Translations under genes and position numbers: made by a program | Origin: Candidatus Saccharimonadales bacterium | Lineage (GTDB): Bacteria; Patescibacteriota; Saccharimonadia; Saccharimonadales; EFPC-124 | Length of the DNA: 61,871 bases | Direction: 5' to 3' | Assembly (NCBI GenBank): GCA_035280845.1 | Contig: DATEFB010000017.1 | Coordinates: 1 to 61,871 of the forward strand | The notes under the pieces: generated by a model | Database searches by the model: none | What the model was told of the DNA's origin: nothing | Seen by the model: the letters and a program-made list of their open reading frames with translations, nothing else | In this document: positions 26,383 to 34,750 of the stretch, piece by piece | How the letters are laid out: every line of letters begins with the position of its first letter | Position numbering within the stretch: position 1 is the first letter of the stretch

Positions 26383-27546
26383 ATGAAACGTACCATTTTG
26401 CTCGGCCTCGTTAGCGTCTTCGGACTGGGACTACTTGTAAGTATGACGTGGGTGGGCGTGACGCACGCGACAGATGTCCGCACTGGCGACAAGCCTACGC
26501 TTGCCTCCAACGAGACAACCGACAACTCGCTGTACGCTGCAGGTGATTCTGTGCTTGTAGCTGGCACCGTTAAGGGTGACTTATTTTGTGCCGGTAACAA
26601 TATTGACGTAACGGGCACAGTGGAAGGCGACGTTATTTGTGCCGGACAGGCAGTGCGCATAACGGGCACCGTAGAGGGTGATGTTCGCGTCGCAGGTTCG
26701 AGCGTTGAGCTAGGCGCCAACGTAAAAGGGAGTGTCACTGTGTTTGGCGAGTCGATGGTCGTTGGCCGCGAAGCCAAAGTTGGACGCGATCTTACTGTTG
26801 CTGGTGCGCGCCTAAAACTCGAGGGTGCAGTCAGCCGTGACGTCCTGGGCGGTGCAGAAACTGCTGTTATTTCAGGGCAGATTGGCCGGAATTTTGATGC
26901 CGAGCTGAATGCCCTTACCATTGATTCATCAGCAATCATTGGCGGTGATCTGGCGTACGCGGCACCAAAACAGGCCGAAATTGCAACTGGCGCAATGATC
27001 GCCGGCGAGACACACTACACCGAACGAACCCAGCAACAAAACAACGCCGGTGCTGCGGCACGGTTCTGGGGCGCATTGTTCGGCCTGGCATCGATGCTTA
27101 TCATTGGCCTTGCCGCCTTGGCTGGTGCACCACGCGCCCTCGATGCTGTTGCGGTTACGGTGCGTCGCCGTCCACTGGCATCGTTTGCAGGCGGGGCAGC
27201 CGTTCTGCTGATTACTCCTATTGTTAGCATCCTGCTAATGGTGAGCATCTTCGGCATCCTACTTGGCGTCGCAATGCTCTTAACGTGGATCGCTGCGCTT
27301 ATTTGCTCAATGACATTTGGGGCATACGCTGTTGGTTGGTTTGTTGTCGAGAAGCTCAACTGGCCAAGCCGCGGTCGCCGCTTGGCGAGCCTGCTCCTTG
27401 GGCTGATGATTATGCTGCTTGTTGGGCTCGTTCCACTGGTAGGCGGTCTGGCTCTGTTCTTCCTGATGGTATTCGGACTGGGCGCAATGGCTGTCGTTGC
27501 TGGTAGTAAGTTGCATCCTAAAAAAGTAGCAACCAAAGAAGCGTAG
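26383..27546 (+). CDS. bactofilin-like repeat protein with C-terminal multi-TM domain
   Basis: 387 aa. Signal anchor, then repeated G(D/S)V..(A/F)G units (VKGDLFCAGNNIDVTGTVEGDVICAGQAVRITGTVEGDVRVAG), then about 4 TM helices. Confidence 0.6.
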   Translation: MKRTILLGLVSVFGLGLLVSMTWVGVTHATDVRTGDKPTLASNETTDNSLYAAGDSVLVAGTVKGDLFCAGNNIDVTGTVEGDVICAGQAVRITGTVEGDVRVAGSSVELGANVKGSVTVFGESMVVGREAKVGRDLTVAGARLKLEGAVSRDVLGGAETAVISGQIGRNFDAELNALTIDSSAIIGGDLAYAAPKQAEIATGAMIAGETHYTERTQQQNNAGAAARFWGALFGLASMLIIGLAALAGAPRALDAVAVTVRRRPLASFAGGAAVLLITPIVSILLMVSIFGILLGVAMLLTWIAALICSMTFGAYAVGWFVVEKLNWPSRGRRLASLLLGLMIMLLVGLVPLVGGLALFFLMVFGLGAMAVVAGSKLHPKKVATKEA

Positions 27547-27555
27547 AGGGGAGCC

Positions 27556-28026
27556 ATGAGGAAGTCGGTCATTATCATAGCGATCGTAGCCCTTGCGGCT
27601 GTCATTATTGGGGCTGCGATCTACCTGTCATTGAACAGGCAAGCTAATACAGGGACCTCCGATACAGCACAAACGGGCGATGACACGCACGGCTCAGCCC
27701 TAGGCAATACCGGCGCACAATCGCAGAATTCGTCGGCCACAGATATGACCGCCAAGACCGAGGTTGCTATTGGCATCAGGGATATGTCTTTCTCGCCAGC
27801 GGCTATAAAGATTAAAAAAGGCACCAAAGTAACCTGGACCAACAACGATACGGTAGGGCATAATGTCATTGCCTCGACGCCAAGCAGCAGCGGTGGGCTG
27901 CCCACCAGCCATGCACTTTTTGGCAAAGGTGAAACATTCAGCCATACGTTCAACACAGTCGGGACGTTCCCTTATACGTGTACGCCCCATCCCTTCATGA
28001 AGGGGACTGTCGAAGTAATTGAATAA
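27556..28026 (+). CDS. membrane-anchored cupredoxin (plastocyanin/amicyanin-like type-1 copper protein)
   Basis: 156 aa. Candidate Cu ligands are GHNV and C-TP-H-PF-M (YTCTPHPFMKG). N-terminal anchor. Confidence 0.8.
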   Translation: MRKSVIIIAIVALAAVIIGAAIYLSLNRQANTGTSDTAQTGDDTHGSALGNTGAQSQNSSATDMTAKTEVAIGIRDMSFSPAAIKIKKGTKVTWTNNDTVGHNVIASTPSSSGGLPTSHALFGKGETFSHTFNTVGTFPYTCTPHPFMKGTVEVIE

Positions 28027-28027
28027 C

Positions 28028-29377
28028 ATGACGCTACGCACAAAAAAGACGCTTGCGTGGGGGTTCTGGGGCATAAACCTTGCCGTTGTGTTTGGATTCT
28101 GGCTGAGCGGCCCCGCTCCGCAGCAAATAGCAAGCGGTGATCTTGTTGTCGCATGGCACGCGGTTGGCCGGCTGTTCGGGCTTGTTGCTACGTACTGCGC
28201 CCTGGTGCAATTTGTGCTAATGGGGCGCGTGGGGTGGCTCGAACCTATTTTTGGCCTGGACCGACTGGCGGTTTTTCATCGGGGTAATGGCACCGTTGCG
28301 CTGCTGTTAATGTTGCTGCATTCCAGCTCGATGGTAATTACCTTTTCGCTTTTAAGCGGCGTAGATCCATTAACGGGCGCGCAGTTTGTGCTTGGCCTGC
28401 CCTTTGTAATGTGGGCGGCAGTTGCCGAAGTCTTGTTTGTGGTGACAGTTGTTGCTTCGGTTGTTATTGTGCGCCGACATCTGAAGTTCGAGACGTGGTA
28501 CACGGTGCATCTGTTTAACTACCTGGCCATTGCATTTATTCCGTTCCATCAGCTTACGAACGGGTCTGACTTTTTGCTCAATCAGGTGTTTGCCTGGTAC
28601 TGGATCGGGCTGTATGTGTTTGCACTGCTAAACCTGCTTATTTGGCGTTTTGGCCGGACATTCTGGCTGAGCTGGCGGCATGACTTTACCGTCGAGAAGG
28701 TCGTAAAAGAAACTCCAACGGCTCATTCGGTATACATTACAGGCAAAAATTTGCAGCATTTTCGGGCAAAAGGCGGACAGTTTGTGTTGGTGCGCTTTTT
28801 AGATAAAGAGCGCGGTTGGCAAGAGCACCCCTTCTCACTTTCACAATTGCCAGACGAACAATACATACGGTTGACAGTGCGCCAGCTGGGCGATTTTACG
28901 AATTCAGTGCCAGCAATAACGCCAGGGACAAAAGTTTGGGTGAGCGGGCCGTTTGGCGCGTTTACACATGAACAGCAGGTGGCCAATAAAGTGCTGTATA
29001 TTGCGGGTGGCATTGGTATTACGCCGCTGCGGGCAATGATCCAGGAGCGGGCGGAGAGTGGCCAAAAAGGTACGGCGGCCATGCTCTACGGCAATCGTAC
29101 TATCGAAGACACGGCTCTCATGGGTGAGTTGGAGCAATTGGCGCAAAAAATCGCCATGCCAATCTATAACATTCTTAGCGAGCAAAAAGACTATAAAGGC
29201 GAAGTCGGATTTGTAGATAAAGAAAAAATAGCCCGGCTCGTTCCCGACGTGGCTGAGCGTGACGTGTTTTTATGCGGGCCACCACCCATGATGGCGGGTG
29301 TTAAAAAGGCTTTGGCCGAACTTGGCGTGCCTGCTAACCAGGTGCATTACGAGCGGTTTGCGTTGCATAAGGGGTAA
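28028..29377 (+). CDS. NOX-like ferric-reductase-domain protein (6-TM heme domain plus FAD and NAD(P)H domains)
   Basis: Start trimmed to the ATG at 28028. His-containing TM helices, FAD motif HPFSLS, GPFG, NAD motif IAGGIGITP and FLCGPPPM. Confidence 0.8.
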   Translation: MTLRTKKTLAWGFWGINLAVVFGFWLSGPAPQQIASGDLVVAWHAVGRLFGLVATYCALVQFVLMGRVGWLEPIFGLDRLAVFHRGNGTVALLLMLLHSSSMVITFSLLSGVDPLTGAQFVLGLPFVMWAAVAEVLFVVTVVASVVIVRRHLKFETWYTVHLFNYLAIAFIPFHQLTNGSDFLLNQVFAWYWIGLYVFALLNLLIWRFGRTFWLSWRHDFTVEKVVKETPTAHSVYITGKNLQHFRAKGGQFVLVRFLDKERGWQEHPFSLSQLPDEQYIRLTVRQLGDFTNSVPAITPGTKVWVSGPFGAFTHEQQVANKVLYIAGGIGITPLRAMIQERAESGQKGTAAMLYGNRTIEDTALMGELEQLAQKIAMPIYNILSEQKDYKGEVGFVDKEKIARLVPDVAERDVFLCGPPPMMAGVKKALAELGVPANQVHYERFALHKG

Positions 29378-29413
29378 CAGCCCTAAGAGGTGAAAATAAG
29401 AGCAATAGCTGTA

Positions 29414-29455
29414 GTTCCGGCCCCAGAAGAGGCTTGCCTCAACTGGGGCCGGAAC
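29414..29455. terminator. GC-rich stem-loop shared by convergent genes (NOX-like and island gene B)
   Basis: GTTCCGGCCCCAG-16 nt-CTGGGGCCGGAAC is a perfect 13-bp stem, 13 nt beyond the stop of gene B. Confidence 0.65.
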
Positions 29456-29468
29456 CTGTCGTAATCCG

Positions 29469-30101
29469 TCAGCGGGCGAACAGCGCCACGAAGCTGGCGG
29501 GCAGGAACTGCCGGCAGTGCGCCAGTACCCCTGCGTCGTCGATGTCGGCCGGCAGCAGCTCGCGGATCTTGGGGTGGTCGGCGACCTCCCAGAACGCGGC
29601 CACTGCGCTCGCCGGCGCCGACGTGATGCCTCGGAAGTGCGCCTCTACCTGCTCCTGGTCGAGCGAGAGCGGCTGGCGCACCACATTGGCATCGGCGTTG
29701 ATGTGTCGGCCGTGCGTCTGGCTGACGTGCAGCAGGATGCCTGCACGGGCGTGGGCGATCTCTGCCCCGTTCGTCAGAGCGTCGGCACGGGCGATGAAGA
29801 CCGTGCCCCACTGCCACACGCGGGCAACCAGCTCGGGGCTGACGCCCCAGCGCTGGTGTGCTTCGCGCAGACGCTCGGCGTACTGGCCGCCTCCGGGCTT
29901 GGTCAGTCCGGTGATGGTGGCCGTGGCAACGCGCAGGGCGTGGCCGGGCACCGACATGTGGCTTTCGCCCAGACCTGCGGCGACGATGCCGAAGACCTGG
30001 GCATCACCCACAACGCCCATGACGAGCGGTGGTGCCCATGCTCCCAGCGTGTCCGGGGCCAAACTGGCCACGAAGTCGCCGGGCATTTCCATTTGTGTCA
30101 T
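29469..30101 (-). CDS. hypothetical cytoplasmic protein (high-GC island gene B)
   Basis: 210 aa with ordinary amino-acid composition and GC-rich third positions. GGAGGG SD. The three other long ORFs over the same DNA are Arg/Pro/Ser-rich wrong-frame products. Confidence 0.6.
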   Translation of the reverse strand: MTQMEMPGDFVASLAPDTLGAWAPPLVMGVVGDAQVFGIVAAGLGESHMSVPGHALRVATATITGLTKPGGGQYAERLREAHQRWGVSPELVARVWQWGTVFIARADALTNGAEIAHARAGILLHVSQTHGRHINADANVVRQPLSLDQEQVEAHFRGITSAPASAVAAFWEVADHPKIRELLPADIDDAGVLAHCRQFLPASFVALFAR

Positions 30102-30170
30102 GTTCGCCCTCCAGCGAGTCTGACAGTAACGACCTAGGTATTAAACCATCTCGTTTTTGGCGGCGCAATA

Positions 30171-31340
30171 CTATAAGAACCGTAGGTGCTGAACCTCTGG
30201 CGGCAAAAAGCCTTCAGGATGCTTAAAGTCAGCCTTCCAGTTGTAGTCTTTCTGGTAACCTAAATCTTTCATGAGTTTCGTGGGGGCGTTGCGCAGGTGC
30301 AGCGGGACTTTTGCATTGGGGTAATCGCGGGCTGCGGCTTGGGCGCTGTACATAACGTCAGCAATAGTGCGCGACTTCTCGCTTTTTGCAAGCGCCGTCG
30401 CGCAGTGGAACAGGTTGTACTGGCACTCGGGCATGCCTATGCGTTCGACCGCCTGGAATGTAGCGACGGCAAGACTCATGGCGCCATTGCCCGCCAGCCC
30501 AATGTCTTCGGAGCAGAAAATAATCATTCGGCGGGCAATGAATTTAGGGTCTTCACCTGCCTGCAACATACGTGCCAGGTAATACAGTGTTGCGGTCACA
30601 TCGCTGCCGCGCATACTTTTTATAAATGCACTAATAATGTTGTAGTGTTCTTCGCCATTCTTGTCGTAGCCGGGGATAGTTTGCTGCGCGGCGGTCGTGA
30701 CGGCAGTTTTAGTGATTTTGCCTTTCGTAAGCTGAGCGGCAAGCTCCAGGTTACCCAGGGCAACACGAGCGTCACCGGCGGATAGCTCGGCCAGCATGTC
30801 GGCAGCATCAGGGCTCAGCCGCTTTGTCCAGCTTTCCGCTTTTGCCGCACGTGCAATGATGGCAATGATATCTTCTTTGCTGTGGGGCTGTAGTACGAGC
30901 ACCCGGCTGCGGCTAAGTAGCGGACGAATAACCTCAAAGCTGGGGTTTTCGGTAGTGGCGCCAACAAGTGTGATGAGCCCGCTCTCGACATGGGGCAAAA
31001 ACGCATCCTGCTGGGCTTTGTTGAAGCGATGGATCTCATCGACGAACAGAATGGTTTGCTTGCCAAGATTTTGGTTGACGCGGGCACGCTCAAACACCTT
31101 GCGGACGTCGGCCATACCAGTAGCGACGGCGCTGATTTCTATAAAATCGGCATCGACTTCGTTCGCAATAATGCGCGCCAGAGTAGTTTTGCCACTGCCA
31201 GGCGGCCCCCACAGCATTAAGCTGACCGGCCGTTTGTTCTTAACGATCTGCCGCAGAATTTCGCGGTCGCCTAAAAGATGCGTCTGTCCAATGACGTCAT
31301 CCAGTGTTTGCGGCCGCATACGATCTGCTAGAGGTTGCAT
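30171..31340 (-). CDS. rarA: replication-associated recombination protein A (AAA+ ATPase)
   Basis: Start trimmed to MQPLADRMRPQTLDDVIGQ. Walker A GPPGSGKTT, Walker B FVDEIHR, and a MgsA C-terminal domain. Confidence 0.9.
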   Translation of the reverse strand: MQPLADRMRPQTLDDVIGQTHLLGDREILRQIVKNKRPVSLMLWGPPGSGKTTLARIIANEVDADFIEISAVATGMADVRKVFERARVNQNLGKQTILFVDEIHRFNKAQQDAFLPHVESGLITLVGATTENPSFEVIRPLLSRSRVLVLQPHSKEDIIAIIARAAKAESWTKRLSPDAADMLAELSAGDARVALGNLELAAQLTKGKITKTAVTTAAQQTIPGYDKNGEEHYNIISAFIKSMRGSDVTATLYYLARMLQAGEDPKFIARRMIIFCSEDIGLAGNGAMSLAVATFQAVERIGMPECQYNLFHCATALAKSEKSRTIADVMYSAQAAARDYPNAKVPLHLRNAPTKLMKDLGYQKDYNWKADFKHPEGFLPPEVQHLRFL

Positions 31341-31369
31341 ATCTCTATTGTACTGGCATAAGCATCTTC

Positions 31370-31378
31370 TGGTACAAT
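31370..31378 (+). promoter_or_regulatory. extended -10 box (TGGTACAAT), leaderless-type promoter of gpsA
   Basis: The box ends 7 nt before the ATG at 31386. Confidence 0.55.
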
Positions 31379-31385
31379 ATGACCA

Positions 31386-32282
31386 ATGGAAAACATCCTG
31401 ACGCAGGTTGGTATTATCGGCGCTGGCGAACTTGGGCGCGCACTGGGCAACGCGCTTACTAAGGCGCATATGCAGGTGCTCTACTACGACCGCGATCCGG
31501 CCCGCAGCACCACAGGCAGCATAGAAGATCTTGTGAATACGTGTCAGGTTTTGCTTGTGTGCGTTCCTTCATGGGTAGTAAAAGATATCACAAAGCAGCT
31601 GGCTAAGGCGGCGCATCCCCACCAGCCCCGCGTGGTAGTGACCTTTGCGAAGGGCGTCGAGCCTGGCTTTGAAACAATGGATAAAGTGCTTGCCGACCGT
31701 TTGCCCGACCATTACGATACTGGTGTTATTTACGGACCTATGATTGCAAACGAAATCGAGCGCAACCGTACGGCCTACGGTGTGCTGGCGCTTTCCAACA
31801 GCCGCTGGTTTAGTACGCTTCGCGATCATTTTGCGGACGCACATATTTACTTACAGACCTCTGGCGATATACACGGTGTTGCAGTGTGTGCCGTGCTTAA
31901 GAACGTGTATGCAATTGGCTTTGGTATTGTGGACGGGCTTAACCTTGGACTAAACACCAAGGGCAAAATGGCCGTCCTAGTGCTCGACGAAATGAAGCGG
32001 ATGCTGGCCGACATGCATGCCGATCCCCGGACCGCCGAAGGTATTGCTGGGCTCGGCGATTTGCTGGCTACGGGATTCAGCGAAGAGTCATTCAACTACC
32101 GTGTTGGAAAATCACTGGCCGAACGGATTGCCGACGAGCATATTAAGAGCGAGGGCCTTGTAACGCTTCATGAGCTAAGCCGTCATCTTAATTTAAAACA
32201 GTATCCTGTTGCGCATGCAATTGACCAGATAGTTTTTCACTACGCTGATGCCAGGACGCTTGGCGACGCACTCTCGAACTAG
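31386..32282 (+). CDS. gpsA: NAD(P)H-dependent glycerol-3-phosphate dehydrogenase
   Basis: 298 aa with an N-terminal Rossmann motif (GIIGAGELG) and LKNVYAIGFGI, typical of GpsA. Confidence 0.8.
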   Translation: MENILTQVGIIGAGELGRALGNALTKAHMQVLYYDRDPARSTTGSIEDLVNTCQVLLVCVPSWVVKDITKQLAKAAHPHQPRVVVTFAKGVEPGFETMDKVLADRLPDHYDTGVIYGPMIANEIERNRTAYGVLALSNSRWFSTLRDHFADAHIYLQTSGDIHGVAVCAVLKNVYAIGFGIVDGLNLGLNTKGKMAVLVLDEMKRMLADMHADPRTAEGIAGLGDLLATGFSEESFNYRVGKSLAERIADEHIKSEGLVTLHELSRHLNLKQYPVAHAIDQIVFHYADARTLGDALSN

Positions 32283-32650
32283 TTGACCAGGAAGCTTTTT
32301 ACTTTGATCGTGCCAAGTATGTCGTATTTTTCGTTGGAGGTGGGCTGCTCCAGATCGCCAGTAACAGTTATAGAAGTGGTGAACTCAACATTCTGCGATG
32401 TTTCCGGCATGTCCTTCAGGCCGTAGTATTTGCCTTCAATTGTTTTAATGCCAATCGCGCATTCCAGGGTTTGCGGCTGGCCGGGTGCGGCATTTTTATG
32501 AGGGAGGCACACCATGTTGCCTGTGTAGCGGGTCTCTGGTGGCGGACTCTGGGCGGTCTGTTGGTTGGTAGTGGCAAGTATAGCCGCTGCGCCGGCAAGC
32601 ATTACAAAAAGAATGACGCCAGCAAGGATCAATATTTTCTTCGTGTCCAT
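32279..32650 (-). CDS. small membrane-anchored protein with two Cys
   Basis: 123 aa with an N-terminal TM. No family recognised. 4-nt convergent overlap with gpsA. Confidence 0.5.
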   Translation of the reverse strand: MDTKKILILAGVILFVMLAGAAAILATTNQQTAQSPPPETRYTGNMVCLPHKNAAPGQPQTLECAIGIKTIEGKYYGLKDMPETSQNVEFTTSITVTGDLEQPTSNEKYDILGTIKVKSFLVN

Positions 32651-32669
32651 GCCTATTATTGTATCACGG

Positions 32670-33122
32670 CTATGCGCTGGCGGTTCCGGTCAGCGTGGCA
32701 TGGGCTAGCACATGGGCAGACAGCGCGGCGCGAACATCGCGGGTATGTGCGCCGGGTGCCAGCGTAAGGGATGTGGCAAGTGCAAAAAGTTCAAAAATAT
32801 AGTGGTGTGTACCAGTTCCTGCAGGAGGGCAGGGCCCACCATAACCGAGGCGTCCAAAGTCGTTAGTGCCTTCGATGGCACCGATAGGTAATGAGCCTTG
32901 CTGCAGTGATGCGGTGGTTGCGGGAATGTCCCAAACAACCCAGTGGCTAAAATCGCCAGACGGTGCATCGGGGTCGTGCATCCAGAGCGCTAGACTCTGG
33001 GCGTCGGCTGGTATCGCGGCAAAAGTGAGTGGCGGGCTTACGCCGTCTCCTTTGCAGGTAAAAGATGTGGGAATCGCTTGATTATTATCAAATGATGTAC
33101 TTTTGATTTGCATGCGGTGCAC
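32670..33122 (-). CDS. YbhB/YbcL-family PEBP (Raf kinase inhibitor-like) protein
   Basis: GYGGPCPPAGTGTHHYIFELFAL is the signature PEBP motif. Confidence 0.85.
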   Translation of the reverse strand: MHRMQIKSTSFDNNQAIPTSFTCKGDGVSPPLTFAAIPADAQSLALWMHDPDAPSGDFSHWVVWDIPATTASLQQGSLPIGAIEGTNDFGRLGYGGPCPPAGTGTHHYIFELFALATSLTLAPGAHTRDVRAALSAHVLAHATLTGTASA

Positions 33123-33205
33123 CTCTGTTTTTAGTATACTCTCCGCTAAGCATATCCGATATAGCCCTTGCGAAAGTAACTAAGGTTTCCTATAGTGTCC
33201 TGACG

Positions 33206-33643
33206 ATGAACAATTCCGAACTTACCACCTACCAGGCCGTCGTGCTGCAGTCCCGCGCGCACCGTGCAATCAAGACACATTTGACCCAGATGCTTAAGGA
33301 GCACGGAGTGACCATGATGCAGTGGTCAATCCTGGGATTAGTTGCCGATGCTGGCGATGATGGCGTGCGCATTTCAGACCTCGCACACGCCCTAGACACG
33401 TCACTCGCATTTATTACGACGAGCGTCAATGTGCTTGAAGCAAAAGGCTTTGTTGTCCGTGCCGGCCACGCCCAAGACAATCGCGCTAAGTTGGTCCGCC
33501 TGAGCGAAGCGTTCGCGCCAAAGATCGCAGCAATCGAGGCCGACCTTGGCGTGAAGCAGAATGACTTTCTGTATAGTGGCGTTGACACAAAAGACATCGC
33601 TGCCTACTTTCGCGTTTTGCGCCAATTTGCAAAAACCGCCTAA
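33206..33643 (+). CDS. MarR family transcriptional regulator
   Basis: 145 aa with a winged HTH (MQWSILGLV..ISDLAHAL..SVNVLEAKGFV.R..DNRAKLVRL). Confidence 0.85.
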   Translation: MNNSELTTYQAVVLQSRAHRAIKTHLTQMLKEHGVTMMQWSILGLVADAGDDGVRISDLAHALDTSLAFITTSVNVLEAKGFVVRAGHAQDNRAKLVRLSEAFAPKIAAIEADLGVKQNDFLYSGVDTKDIAAYFRVLRQFAKTA

Positions 33644-33667
33644 GACATACCCGGCTTTGCTACAATA

Positions 33668-34750
33668 ATGGCTATGAAGTCATTCGGGCGAAGCCGGTTT
33701 TTGCGTATTTATGGTGTCTCGCTCGCGATAACTGCAATTATCATTGCGGCAGTTGGGTTTGGCATGGGGCCGACTGCGCTCGTTACGCTTATTATTCTGA
33801 GCATCATCGAGATAACTTTTGGTCTGGATTGTGCGGTCATTAATGCCGAAGTGCTGCGCTCCATGAATGCATTTTGGCGGCGCATGTTCCGTACGTTTGG
33901 CATTTTTATAGCCGTATTCGTGATGCGCCTTATTCTGCCGTTAAGTATTGTGGCGATCACTGCCGGCCTAGGTTTTACAGAGGTCGTGCAGCTTGTTATG
34001 AAGCACCCCGACGAGTATGCAGCGCACATTCACGAGGCCAACCCATACATTGCCATGCTTGGCGGCACGTTCCTTTTAATGGTGTTCCTGGACTTTTTGC
34101 TTGGCCAGGCCAGGCAGAATCCGCTCTCTGGCATTGTTCGTCATTTGCATGTGCGAGGTATACGGCGATACATACAGTTGATCATTGTGCTCTGCCTTAT
34201 GGCAGCCGCGGTCTTTGGCGCCGAGCCCGTGCGCCAGCTGCCGCTGTTTATTGCGGGTATGGCAGGTATTATTATTTATACCATTGCCAGGGGCCTTGCT
34301 GCGTTCTTTGCGGTGCGGCATACAACACACAAGCCAACCGCAGACGTAGTGGCGCGGGGTGGGTTTGTGGCGTTTTTATACCTAGAGATGCTCGACGCCA
34401 GCTTTAGCTTCGATAGTGTCATTGGCGCCTTTGCCGTGACAACAAATGTACTGCTTATTGCGGCGGGCTTAGGAATCGGGGCAATCTGGTTGCGGTCAGC
34501 AACCATTAGTATGCTTCAGCGGGGGACGCTCAGGCATTACCCATTCCTAGGGTTGGGCGCGAATTTGGCGATCGGCGCGCTAGGCACTTTGCTTTTGGTC
34601 GAAGTGAACGTGCCAGTACCCGAACTTATGACTGGCGTGCTCGGCCTGGCAATAATTATTGTCGCTTTCCTTGCGTCGGTTCTCCATAACCAGCGGGCGG
34701 CAAAAGCTGGCGTTTCAACTCACATAGCGCTACGTAACCATCGGCAATAA
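33668..34750 (+). CDS. DUF475/TerC-like integral membrane protein
   Basis: 360 aa, multi-TM. The segment FGLDCAVINAEVLRSM..FWRRMF..GIFIAVFVMRLILP resembles the DUF475 family. Confidence 0.65.
   Translation: MAMKSFGRSRFLRIYGVSLAITAIIIAAVGFGMGPTALVTLIILSIIEITFGLDCAVINAEVLRSMNAFWRRMFRTFGIFIAVFVMRLILPLSIVAITAGLGFTEVVQLVMKHPDEYAAHIHEANPYIAMLGGTFLLMVFLDFLLGQARQNPLSGIVRHLHVRGIRRYIQLIIVLCLMAAAVFGAEPVRQLPLFIAGMAGIIIYTIARGLAAFFAVRHTTHKPTADVVARGGFVAFLYLEMLDASFSFDSVIGAFAVTTNVLLIAAGLGIGAIWLRSATISMLQRGTLRHYPFLGLGANLAIGALGTLLLVEVNVPVPELMTGVLGLAIIIVAFLASVLHNQRAAKAGVSTHIALRNHRQ

Noticed and set aside
29383-30137. Three alternative long ORFs (29383..29817 minus, 29434..30123 plus, 29517..30137 plus) in island B
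   Set aside because: Their composition is Arg/Pro/Gly/Ser-rich and low-complexity, typical of wrong frames in high-GC DNA. They have no SD. Only 29469..30101 has protein-like composition, an SD and a 3' hairpin.
33134-33141. Palindromic AGTATACT in the PEBP/MarR divergent region, and CAGTATACTG at 44745-44754, considered as operator sites
   Set aside because: Both read as TATACT -10 hexamers on each strand, so they are most simply shared -10 boxes of divergent promoters. There is no evidence for a distinct operator.
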